From: Chiloscyllium plagiosum
Lineage: Eukaryota
Direction: 5' to 3'
Assembly: GCF_004010195.1 (NCBI RefSeq)
Contig: NC_057719.1
Location: 42,709,024 to 42,773,023, forward strand
DNA length: 64,000 nt
The number at the start of each line of letters is the position of its first letter. Positions within the stretch are counted from its first letter, which is position 1. Made by a program: the position numbers and the translations under genes. The notes below the pieces were generated by a model, which saw nothing but the letters and a program-made list of their open reading frames with translations, was not told where the DNA came from and searched no databases. Positions 1-11,071 of the stretch are shown piece by piece.

Positions 1-195
1 GGTGCTCCGGTTTCCTCCCACAGTCCAAAGATGTGCAGGCTAGGTGAATTGGCCATGCTAAATTGCCCATTGTGTTAGGTGCATTAGTCAGAGGGGAAAT
101 GGATCTGGGTATGGGTGGGTTACTCTTCGGAGAGTCGGTATGGACTTGTTGGGCCAAAGGGCCTATTTCCACACTGTAGGGAATCTAATCTAATC
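1..195 (+). mobile_element. HE1-like V-SINE, 3' part (cut by window edge)
   Basis: GGTGCTCCGGTTTCCTCCCACAGTCCAAAGATGTGCAGG core and GGGCCTATTTCCACACTGTAGGGAATCTAATCTAATC tail; matches other copies in the window. Confidence 0.85.
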
Positions 196-224
196 ATATT
201 TCAACGCTGATGATTCCAATTGTG

Positions 225-610
225 ATTGGCAATGGGTCATCTGAGCAATGACCATCTTCAACAAGTCACAAACTAATCATTGCATTCAATGGTGTTAACT
301 TCACCGATTGCCTGACTATCAACATCCTGGGGGTAACCATTGACCAGGAGCCAAACTGGATTAGTCATTGAAATATTGTGGCTACAAGAACAGGTTAGAA
401 GCTAGGAATTTTACAGTGAGTAACCTAAGACCTGACTCCCCAAAGTCTGTTCACCATTGACAAAGCACAAGGTAGATATGGTATAAATACTCCCCTCTCA
501 CCTGAGTGCAGCTCCAATAACACTCAAAAAGCTTGATGCCATCCAGGACAAAGCAGCCCACTTGATTGGCAACACATCCACAAGCATCCACTCCCTCCAG
601 CAGCAGCAGT
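225..610 (+). mobile_element. Old CR1/L2-clade LINE fragment (family B)
   Basis: Homologous to 32050-32745 and 53772-54252 (CCTGACTCCCCAAA...CATCCAGGACAAAGCAGCCCACTTGATTGGC). Confidence 0.6.
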
Positions 611-629
611 ATGGACTACCTACAAGATT

Positions 630-1364
630 CAATTCAATGGCAGTACAGAGAGATCTGGGTGTTCTTGTACACCAGTCACTGAAGGTAAGCATGCAGGTAC
701 AGCAGGTAGTGAAGAAGGCTAATAGCATGCTGGCCTTCATAACAAGAGGAATTGAGTATAGAAGCAAAGAGGTGCTTCTGCAGCTGTATAGGGCCCTGGT
801 GAGACAACACCTGGAGTACTGTGTGCAGTTCTGGTCTCCAAATTTGAGGAAAGACATTCTGGCTATTGAGGGAGTGCAGCGTAGGTTCACGAGGTCAATT
901 CCTGGAATGGCGGGATTACCTACATGGAAAGACTGAAGCGACTGGGCTTGTATACCCTTGAGTTTAGAAGACTGAGAGGGGATCTGATTGAGACATTTCA
1001 GATTATGAAAGGATTGGACACTCTGGCAGCAGGAAACATGTTTCCGCTGATGGGTGAGTGCCGAACCAGAGGACACAGCTTAAAAATACGGGGTAGACCA
1101 TTTAGGACAGAGATGAGGAGATACTTCTTCACCCAGAGAGTGGTGGGTGTGTGGAATGCTCTGCCCCAGAGGACAGTGGAGGCCCAGTCTCTGGATTCAT
1201 TTAAGAAAGAGTTGGATAGAGCTCGCAAAGATAGTGGAATCAAGGGTTATGGAGATAAGGCAGGAAGAGGATACTGATTAGGAATGATCAGCCAAGTTCA
1301 TATTGAATGGCGGTGCAGGCTCGAAGGGCAGAATGGCCTACTCCTGCATCTATTGTCTATTGTC
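630..1364 (+). mobile_element. CR1-type LINE 3' fragment (ORF2 C-terminus + 3'UTR)
   Basis: ORFs 562-936 and 924-1277 give QRDLGVLVH..LYRALVR.HLEYCVQFWSP..RRLRGDLIE..FFTQRVV..WN.LP across a frameshift; TATTGTC repeat tail. Confidence 0.9.
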
Positions 1365-1395
1365 AACCGTCATGTTGCTATGGTTTGGCGAGTCC

Positions 1396-1689
1396 AAGCA
1401 CCGCCTTCCTAACCTGCAATCTTCTTCCTGATCTCTCCGCCCCCACCCCACTCCGGCCTATCAACCTCACCTTGACTTCCTTCCACCTATCGCATTTCCA
1501 ATGTCCCTCCCCCAAGTCCCTCCTCCCTACCTTTTATCTTAGTCTGCTGGACACACTTTCCTCATTCTTGAAGAAGGGCTTATGCCCGAAACGTCGATTC
1601 TCCTGTTCCTTGGATGCTGCCTGACCTGCGCTTTTCCAGCAACACAGTTTCAGCTCTGATCTCCAGCATCTGCAGTCCTCGCTTTCTCC
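1396..1689 (+). mobile_element. Penelope-like element 3' terminus with degenerate hammerhead motif
   Basis: C-rich tract, then TTGAAGA-A-GGGC-TTAT-GCCC-GAAA-CGTC (core C mutated) and GATGCTGCCTGACCTGC...CCAGCATCTGCAG tail; same family as 35935 and 50894. Confidence 0.75.
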
Positions 1690-3062
1690 ACTGCTTTTTA
1701 TTGACCAGATTCACCACAGATGTCTGAGAAATATGCACTCTCATAAGAAGAGCTGTTTCAAGCCACAACATTTCTGTAAATGATGCTCTGCTTCAGCCAA
1801 TTAGGTCAGATGATGTTGAGTTAATGAGTTGAAAAGCTATATCTGTCCATCTCTATTGATTGTCACCTCGACAACAGTGCAGTGGCTAATGACTAATTGG
1901 GTATAAGGATGTCAGTGTTAATTAGGTTTAACTATCTGTGTGCAGTTTACCAAAATCAGGTCAGAATTAATTTGGTCTCTTTTTAAATTGCTACCACACA
2001 AGGTGTAGATTTCTGTTTGGGTTGCAAGCTGTGCTGGACCATACTAGTTTTGACAGGATGGAATTATGCTCATGTTCTGTGCAAGATCATGTGCATAAGC
2101 TCAAATCTCATAACTTAGAACAAGTAAACAAAATCAATCCATCTGAACTTTTTCCAGGGAAACAAAGGGGGGGGGGGGGGGAGGTGCAAATTCCACGGCA
2201 ATTAGACATTCTGCAACAGTCTCATTTACTTTTTCATTAACTTCAATTGGCTTTTGGTCATTACAGTCTTCAATGACATAGCTTACTGTACTAAAGTAGA
2301 ATGCACTTGTATGACTTCAGTTGACTGTTGGTCTTGTGTAACAGGGGCAGATCAATCGACAAATTAATTTGATCAACTCAATCTACTCACTACTCTGAAG
2401 TTCAAGTAAAAATGATGGCAAGTTGAATTAGAAATTTGATTCATGGTCTATGGTGCCTGAAGCTTTCTCCATAAAGTCATGATCAACCCTGATTAGGAGA
2501 AACTCCGACTTGAAGACATGATCAGTTTTGTGCATGTTATGAGGGGATTTGCAAAACTTCTTAAAAAGTCACCAGAACTCCAACCTGAAGTGTTTAAACG
2601 AGCAAATCAGAGTATACAATTCAATGAGCTTTTGTACTGGTTAATTTTGTCCTTGCCAGATTCTGGTCCTTTCTGGGCAGAAATCTTGTGGAAGCTCCAT
2701 GTCTATTTTGTAAGGAATGAAGAGAAGAGTAATTCATTGTAAAGGCAGCATTCACAAAAGTGGTAGCAATATTCTTTCAAAGGTTAGTTTCTCATCAACA
2801 TACCAATTTATGTAACCTTTTCATCTTTGGGCTTTCATCTACAGTAAGGTAAATGTGTATGCAGGATTGGTCTTTTTTTTTGCTGTCATGTATTTCTGCA
2901 AGTCATTTTTGTAACTTATGGTTTACTTTATTCAAGATATTTTATCAGATATAACTGATTTATTATGATCTGAGAATCTCCCTTCTGTCATGACAATATT
3001 TGAATCTATTAAAACAGCATTTTATCAACTAGAAGAAAATTATTTTTCTGTATCATTATAAG

Positions 3063-3847
3063 GTTGTAGACATGAAGATGGTACACAGAGTGATTCAGAA
3101 GATCAAGTTGCATCGAAGCAGCAGAAAGAAAAGGACTCTCCTCTGGAATCACAGCCAGAGCAATTCCAAATTTACAGTAAAGAAACCTCTAAGCTATGTC
3201 AGCTCCAGCATGAGGGGCAAGAAATGCCAATTGGTCAACAAGCTTTTGTTATTGAATTCTTTGATGATAATCCTCGCAAACGTAGAGCACATTCTTTCAC
3301 TCAAAATGCAAATGCCATGCAGACTGATTCTTATATTGCTCTTCGCACTAAACTAGAAAAACGCAAAGGTACTTCTGCATGTGAAAAAGGGTCAGTACAA
3401 CAGGCCCAATCTCTGGTCCAATCGACAAAGACTACTGCCAGTCCATCAACTCCCCAGAGGTCTAATTCACTAAAGAGAGAAAAGACAGAAGAGCGATTAA
3501 GTACCTCTGCGACTTCGAGCTCCAAAGGTTTACTTCGAAGTTTTGGGAGTGTGGGCCGAAAGAGTAAGCTTAGCCAAGAGTTTGCTGCAGAGCTGTTGAA
3601 AGAAACTACAAAAGGTTTTACAGTTGTAGACAAATCTCCAGACTGTATCCCTGTGACAATTGCACAAGTGACAGTGGCACCCTCTATACCAGCGACATCA
3701 CTACCACAAGTTTCATCATCGACAACTTCAACAAAACCAGCCTCCAAACAGGGTGACCAAGATAGTCTGAGTGATACAGGTACATACACCATTGAAACAG
3801 AAACGCAGGACAAAGAGGTGGAAGAAGCTCGTAAAATGATAGATCAG
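3063..3847 (+). CDS. CEP170B: CEP170B internal coding exon (785 nt, phase 1 to 0)
   Basis: ag|GT TGT AGA CAT GAA GAT GGT = (G)CRHEDGTQSDSED...QAFVIEFFDDNPRKRRAHSF...DSLSDTGTYTIETE..DKEVEEARKMIDQ|gtaagg; CEP170-family motifs. Confidence 0.95.
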
Positions 3848-4150
3848 GTAAGGAATGTAAATTCCTTTGAACACGTTTAAAGAAAATTTGTGATTTAATG
3901 AAATATTCCAGTGTGAAACACGTTATAGTATCTTTTTGCCAATGTAACGATGTTAGTCATGGTTATCCCGCTTCATGCTTTGGAATTACAAGTGAAAGCA
4001 TTTATATATGAGAATTTGTCATGAATTCTGATGTTTTGAAGCTTGATGTTTCACTTTCGTGACATGATCAATGAGGAATATTACCCAATCTATTTTTTGC
4101 GTGGTGCTGCTGTCTGAGCAATCCCATCAACAGTCATTGTGCTGGTGTTC

Positions 4151-4365
4151 AGTTAGTTCACTTGGCTGGATAGCTGGTTTGTAATACAGAGTGACACTAA
4201 TAGCATGGGTTCAATTCTGGTACTGGCTGAAGTCATCATGACGGTCCCACCTTCTCAATTGTACCCTTCAGATGAGGCATGGTGACCTCCGGTTAAATGC
4301 ACCACCAGTGATCACTGTGTAATGACAGAGCAGCTCTACTGTCCTCTGAGATTATGGTGACTTTG
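4151..4365 (+). mobile_element. tRNA-derived SINE (family C)
   Basis: A/B-box-like head (GTTAGTTCACTTGG...GGTTCAATTC); homologous to 38903-39110 and 43318-43528. Confidence 0.65.
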
Positions 4366-5574
4366 CATTATCCCTATTCAGGAAGTGGATTTAGATTGTT
4401 GCAAACTGAAGGGGACTGGTTAGCATTTGCAGATAACTTTAATAATGTTTTTGCTTGTTTGCTGAATGTGAACAGTGGTAGAAATATCAGAACTATTGTT
4501 TCTGCTCAGTTCCTGGTGGGTTGCGTTCTTGAACTGCTGCAGTCCTCATAGTAATGGTGCTCCCACAATGATTAAATAGGGAAAGCAGCATTTTCTCTGA
4601 GCAATAATAAATTAGATGTTATATTTATTCATTTTAGCATGGTATGCCTCTTGGGTAACAAGTGATGTCTTCCCCTGCTAGCCCTATTTTCCAAATTTGG
4701 TGGCAGAGGTTGTCAAATCCTATTGAAATGCTGTTGCATGTCAAGAGCAGGGCTATGACTACGTAATGAGCTGTGAGTTGTTCTGGCAGATTCGTCAAAT
4801 AGCTTATTTATCAGTAGCTGGTGACTAGCATTTACTTTTCATTTGGAATTGGTCTAAACCAAGATGGATTGAAATGAAAGGATATCTTTTATTTTCTCTG
4901 CCTTTCTCTTTTGCGTTGTCCTGTGCTCTATGCCGTCTTCAAAAAAGAAAGGTCAAATAACTTTCCAAACCTGTCTCTAATCATGCTATATAATGAGCTG
5001 CTAGTTTTTTAAACAAATTTTTCCTACCTTCCCTTTCTCCCTCCCACAGGAGAAGTCATGTGAGCATTGTTCAGAAAACTGGAATGACTAAGATCAGAAA
5101 GTTGAGATTGCAGGTTTCTGCTCCAACCCTCCTGTTTCATAATGCAGTAGTTTCAACAGTCAGCATACTGACACTGTGGACTGACTCATGCAGTTTTTAG
5201 TAACACAAAACTTTCGGGAGGAAAAAAAACTTTTGTTCTGCCGACAATTGCATGTGGCAGTAAGGCGCAAAGGATTCTGAAAGTTATAGGATTTATTGAC
5301 TATACCTATTTATACAGTTATATTTGAGTAACATTGTGAAACTAAGTTAAGCTATCCACTGCCATGCTTCTTGCTGTTTGTTCTTTACCAATACTCCAAT
5401 TCCTTCACTGGCAGTTGATTTCAGAATTTTCTAAATTGGAGAACTGCAAGAGATGTGAATTAACTTTTTAAAAATTCTAATAGAAATGTAATTCCTTAAA
5501 TAATTGGATGATCAAAACTGAATCACCCTATGCACACAAATGGTTAATTAGAACAGTAGGTACAACTATCAACA

Positions 5575-6445
5575 TGGTAAAACCAGATGGCCTCCTTCTT
5601 TAGAGATTGCAATTTCCCTTCCCACGTGGTTAAAGATGCCCTCCAACGCATCTCGTCCATATCCCGCACCTCCGCCCTCAGATCCCACCCCTCCAACCGC
5701 CCATCCTGGCACTTTCCCCTGCCACCGCAGGAACTGCAAAACCTGCGCCCACACCTCCTCCCTCACCTCTATCCAAGGCCCTAAAGGAGCTTTCCACATC
5801 CATCAATGTTTTACCTGCACATCCACCAATATCATTTATTGCATCCGTTGCTCCCGATGCAGTCTCCTCTATATTGGGGAGACTGGATGCCTCCTAGCAG
5901 AGCGCTTTAGGGAACATCTCCGGGACACCCGCACCAATCAACTTCTCCGCCCTGTGGCCCAACATTTCAACTCCCCCTCCCACTCTGCCAAGAACATGGA
6001 GGTCCTGGGCCTCCTTCACTGCCGCTCCCTCACCACCAGACACCTGGAGGAAGAACGCCTCATCTTGCACCTCGGAACACTTCAACTCCAGGGCATCAAT
6101 GTGGACTTCAACGGTTTCCTCATTTCTCCTTCCCCCACTTCACCTTAGTTCCAAAAATCCAGCTCAGCACTGTCCCCATGACTTGTCCTACCTGCCTATC
6201 TTCTTTTCCACCTATCCACTCCACCCCTTCACCCTCCTCCCTGACCTATCACCTTCATCCCCTCCCCCACTCACCTATTGTACTCCATGCTACTTTCTCC
6301 CCACCCCCACCCAGCTCTAGCTTATCTCTCCACGCTTCAGGCTCTCTGCCTTTATTCCTGATGAAGGGCTTTTGCCCGAAACGTCGATTTTGCTGCTCCT
6401 CAGGTGCTGCCTGAACTGCTGTGCTCTTCCAGCACCAATAATCCA
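5575..6445 (+). mobile_element. Penelope-like element, 5'-truncated, with GIY-YIG endonuclease region and HHR-bearing terminus
   Basis: ORF 5636-6148: CxxxxCxxC...IIYCIRCSRCSLLYIGETG...RFREH...VAQHFN...EEERLI..LGTL...GIN; 13-bp TSD ACAACTATCAACA at 5562-5574 and 6446-6458. Confidence 0.9.
6354..6389 (+). ncRNA. Minimal type I hammerhead ribozyme motif (PLE-associated)
   Basis: CTGATGA-A-GGGC-TTTT-GCCC-GAAA-CGTC: intact core boxes, 4-bp stem II, palindromic ACGT in place of stem III, GUC cleavage triplet. Confidence 0.7.
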
Positions 6446-7035
6446 ACAACTATCAACAAGGCAGCAATGTAAGGCGTGTCTTCATACAGCACAGCTAACC
6501 AATGCCTATCTGTCTGTCCTATTTGCTGGCTGAGGTTTGTTCTTGTTTTCTGCTGTGGAATGCATACCCATTGTTTTAATTAACTTCATACTATCCTTCC
6601 ACACACAACATTGTTTGGAAAAGAAAGATAATTAATAAAACACACAGCAAATGCATCTACCAGGCAGTATTAGCAGATTGGTGATGTATAAACAAGCAAG
6701 AATAAGTGAAATGATTTCTATGTTCGGTCACATCTCGCTGCGTAGTAGTGAGAAAATACCTGTTTACATAAAGAGATTATGAAATTTCACATCTCTTCAA
6801 CTTTATGTAAGACTCCAGCTTTAACATTTGTCATGTTTCCCCACCACAAAATTTAATTTCAATTTAATTTTACAGCTGAGTAGCACAATTAAATTAATCA
6901 TTAAGAAAGCACAATTAACTATATAGCAGAGTTGAAAATTTATTCCATTTTTACAGTAACAGTAATCTAAACTTCTATGCACGGCTGTTTACATAACTGA
7001 CATAATGATATTGTAGGTCACTTGAAACAAAGAGG

Positions 7036-7391
7036 CAGTAGCCTAGAGGTATTATTGTTGGATGGTTAATCCAGAGACCTACGTAACGTTCTGGGGTTCA
7101 GGGTTTGAATCCACCCACAACAGATTGTGGAATTTGAATTCAATACAAATCTGAAATTAATATTTAACTTAATCTGGAATTAACTAATGATGACCATGGA
7201 TCCATTGTCAATTATTGGAAAATCCATCTGGTTTACTCGTGAACCTTGGGGTGGGCAACTGCCATGCATATCTGGTCTGGCCTACATATGGTTGCAGTGT
7301 AGTTGACTCTTAATTGCCTTCTGGGCAGTTAGGGATGAGCAATAAATGCTGTCTTAGCCAGTAACACACTGATCCTGTGAATGAATAAAAA
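7036..7391 (+). mobile_element. tRNA-derived SINE sharing its 3' tail with LINE family B
   Basis: GGGTTTGAATCC B-box; GGGCAGTTAGGGATGAGCAATAAATGCT...TGAATGAATAAAAA tail; copies at 9115, 25775, 63318. Confidence 0.7.
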
Positions 7392-8007
7392 TGAAATTTT
7401 GCAAATAAATGCCTTACGTTGTTATGGGCTAGGTGATGCCATTGTTTTATGTTCTTAATGTTACTGTGCTGTAATTCTGCATTATGAAAACTGGGTAGTG
7501 AAGCCTGGGGCTACAATAACATTTTAAGCCAAAATTAGTATTGCAAAGTTTTCCATAACTAGAGGGATGGCAAATGCAATTCTGAGATTTTATGGATAGA
7601 TTGATATTGGGTAGAAAGATGATGAAATAAAATCAGAAGATTATTGAAAATGTTACGATTTAAATCATTGATTTTGTCGATGTTTTGAGATACTTTAAAT
7701 TTAGAGCAGATTCTGAAAAATATTGGCAGTGAGACTGGATGTGTATTTTGTAATCTTTTCAAATCCAAACAGTTGGGTCTGACCAGCAATATTTCAGTTT
7801 AAACATTGGGTATATTTTCATTACAAAGACTAGAAGTATGAATTCAGAATGTTGTACATACTTATTAAAGTGTATTATATTCCTAAAAGAATACAATACT
7901 CTATATATTCTTTCTGATCACTTTATCTCTCAGTCTACAGAGTTATCATTTTGCTTGCTTGAAATGCTCAGTGGCTTACTAAATCTTTCTTAAACATTTC
8001 TAACCAG

Positions 8008-8202
8008 GTATTTGGTGTTTTTGAATCGCCGGACTTTTCTCGTATTAGCACTGAAATTTATAGACCTGTAATAAATGATGAAAGCTATCCTGCTATAAAG
8101 AATGAACATATTGTGTGCAACCAGAATGCTAATACTTACCAGCAAGCTACTTCATTACAAGCATATCCTACAACCATTAGTGGCTCAGATACAGTGACAC
8201 AG
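8008..8202 (+). CDS. CEP170B: CEP170B coding exon (195 nt, phase 0 to 0)
   Basis: ccag|GTA TTT GGT GTT TTT GAA TCG CCG = VFGVFESPDFSR...SDTVTQ|gtaacg; continues the conserved KMIDQ-VFGV junction; not in the ORF track. Confidence 0.9.
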
Positions 8203-9114
8203 GTAACGGATAATAACATTACTAATAATTCATTTCTGGATATGTAGCCATTGACTACCATGACTACCATGTAACAATTGAATACGGAGACATCAAAGAT
8301 TTCAGAGCTAATGCATCAATAATACTGTAAATATTTGATGTATAATACACTTGTCGTCATTACAGGAAAGCCAGACTATGTTGCCTTTATAACAAGGTGT
8401 TATGCCTGGCAACTGAGTTCTCGTGCATTTATTCCTTAATTACGATCATCAAAACAGATCAACAAGACATTATCAGATTAGTTGTTTTAGGATCCATTGC
8501 AAACTTGCCATTCATTTGCTTATAAAATAACAGCAGCCCACTGATGGAAACCTTTAATGTAGGAAAGCACGTGGAGACACTTCATAAAAAGTGCATTTAT
8601 AAAGGAAATAAAAGCTCAAATGGTTTTTAAGGGCTTTTTTGGAGGAAGGCCAGCAATGTTTAGAGAGGGAATTCCAGAGCCTTGGGCCTACACAGCCTTT
8701 AGTAGTGGGAGAAAACTAAAGGAGAAATGCACAGGGACAGGGTATGTTTCTGGGAGAAAAGAAAATAATGTAGATAATTGAAGAGCAGTGATAAGTAAGC
8801 ATGAGTTGCTATGGGATAATATATGGAAGCAGAGCTTAGGATGGTACAGTAATATAGAATCTATGTGGAGAGAGGTTGTCCATGACAGCATTGGAATAAT
8901 CATATCTAGAGATGAACAGAGAGTGGATGAATGTTTCAGCAAGATACGGATTGAGGTAACACAGCCAGTAATGATCTAACAGAGGTGGAAGTAGGTGACA
9001 TTTGCAATGGAGAAGACATGGAACCTCGTAACTGTCTAAAGACAATGCGATTGCAGGCAGTCATGTCCACAGGAGTAAATCTATTTCTGGGGTAAAATTG
9101 AAAGTAGTGGGGTA

Positions 9115-9490
9115 AATAGGGGTGTGGTCACTGGACAAATGCCTCAGAGAAACACGCTATTGCTGAGACATCGATTTGAATTCACCATGGCAGATGGTGA
9201 AATTTGAATTCACTCAGTATATCTGGAATTTTAAAAAAAATGGCTCAACTGCTGTCAATTGTCATCAAAAATAATCTCGTTCACTAATGTCGTAAAGAGG
9301 AGGAAATAATTTATGAGTCCTACCTGGTCTGGCCTCCCTATGTCTACAGTCATGCAGTTATGTGGTTAACTTTTAACTGTCCTCCTGAAGTAACTCAAGC
9401 AAGTCACTCAGTTTGAAGGGAGTTAGGGATAAGTAATGGTATCATTGCACACAATGCTCACATCCCATCAAAGAATGAAGAAAAAGAAAA
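9115..9490 (+). mobile_element. Degenerate SINE of the 7036 family
   Basis: CCATGGCAGATGGTGAAATTTGAATTCA...CCTGGTCTGGCCT...CACATCCCATCAAAGAAT similarity. Confidence 0.55.
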
Positions 9491-10846
9491 TGTTGGTGTA
9501 AAATTGAATTTACCCATGTTCTATTTCCATTTGGATGCATGCACACTACCTTGGGAGGTGCCAAATTCCCCTCCGTAGATCTGCTGTCACCTTCTCTTTG
9601 TGTGCAGCTCACTCCCTCATTTACCTGACCTCCTGCTTCCTCCCCATGTCCTTCCAGGCTAGCTTATTTCTCCCTCTCCTTGACATGCCTTGTTCATCTC
9701 TGCTCTACTCCCACTTCCTCTCCCCCTCAAACCTTTTCACAGCTCATTCACTTTGCTGTCCCCTTTCCTTCTCCTTGTCTGCCTTCTCACCATGCACCAC
9801 CACCTCCAAGACAATCACTTTTCTTTGTCTTCTGGAGTTCAATTTCTTACATTTTAAATTTCTCTTATCTTCTAATTCTGTATTTCTGAGATTATTTTAC
9901 ATCTAATAGGTAGTCAGCGCTAAACCTCATCGTCATCATCTCATGTTTGACTTCCTTTAGCATATTGATGATTGGTTTCTGTCATATCCCTCCCTCAATC
10001 AGTGCTCATTACTTGAAATGTGATCTACCCACTCTCCTATGACCTGACCCTAAAGCACTGACTGTCATTTCTTGTAACTTATTGTTTCAGAGTGCAGACT
10101 CCTCATTCTTACAGGCACCTACTCACTCACTCACTCCAGTGTTTGTGCCTTTTCTGTACTCGTGCCTAATGTCTCTTGTTCATGCCAATTAACCTGCAAC
10201 AATTGCCTTTGCCACTCGATGACGTGGAAACGTGCCATTCATGCAAATCTTTGTCTAGTGCCTGTGTATCAGTTTGCAAAGTGCATAAAGTTGTATTTAA
10301 AAATGTTTGTGCAGTTTATAGCAGTTTTAAAATATATATATATATTTATATGTGCTATTTTTGAGAAAAAAATTCTTCACCTACAATATAGTTTTTGTAC
10401 TTTTGCATGCTTCCTTATGACATCTGATTCATTTGTATTATAAATTGAAAGGTTTGTATAGTTGCATTTTATTAAATATTGGGCATAAGTACTAGCTAAC
10501 TTCAAGTTTTAGTTTTCATGCATGGAGGACTATAATCAGAAACGTGTATCTCTGTGTGTGAGCGTGTGTGTTTCACACTTCTCTGAAGTCCCAATTGTTA
10601 ATGCTAATTTCTATTTGCTTTGCACTGTTTAGTTTTCACGTTGTAGAATATGCTAACTTTCTAAGATATTGTCAAAATGAAGATTGCCATGAACTTTGGT
10701 GATACTTTTCTATTATTCCATTTCAAGAAATTCTTAATCCTGTATGAATGAGAATTTGATGTAATCACAAACCCCTTTTGTCATGCAAAGTTCTACATAG
10801 TAAACTTTAAATAAGTATATTATTTTCTCTTGATGCAAACATCCAG

Positions 10847-10967
10847 ATGCGTCCAGTTGGTCCTATATCCCAAGGGACACAAAAGTGGGTCTCTAGATGG
10901 GCAAGTCTTGCTGATGGCTATAATGGTACTGCGCCAGTTAGCACATTGCATGACCTTCAACAAGGGA
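10847..10967 (+). CDS. CEP170B: CEP170B coding exon (121 nt, phase 0 to 1)
   Basis: ccag|ATG CGT CCA... MRPVGPISQGTQKWVSRWASLADGY...QQG|gtgagt; KWVSRWASLAD is a CEP170B hallmark. Confidence 0.9.
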
Positions 10968-11071
10968 GTGAGTATTAAATTTGGTGCAAAAGTGTTGGTG
11001 ATAAAAGTTGTCAAGTAAAATATTGCCTTGTTCTTCTGACAATCCACCATTTTTTGCTTTTCTCTTAACAG

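Noticed and set aside
498..1076. 192-aa minus-strand ORF and similar antisense ORFs (3331-3813, 22997-23416, 51880-52329)
   Set aside because: Antisense shadows of CR1 ORF2 or CEP170B exons, with no independent protein features.
2167..2182. Poly-G/C runs (also near 26447 and 35186) as G-quadruplex regulators
   Set aside because: Isolated homopolymers of uncertain length with no supporting context.
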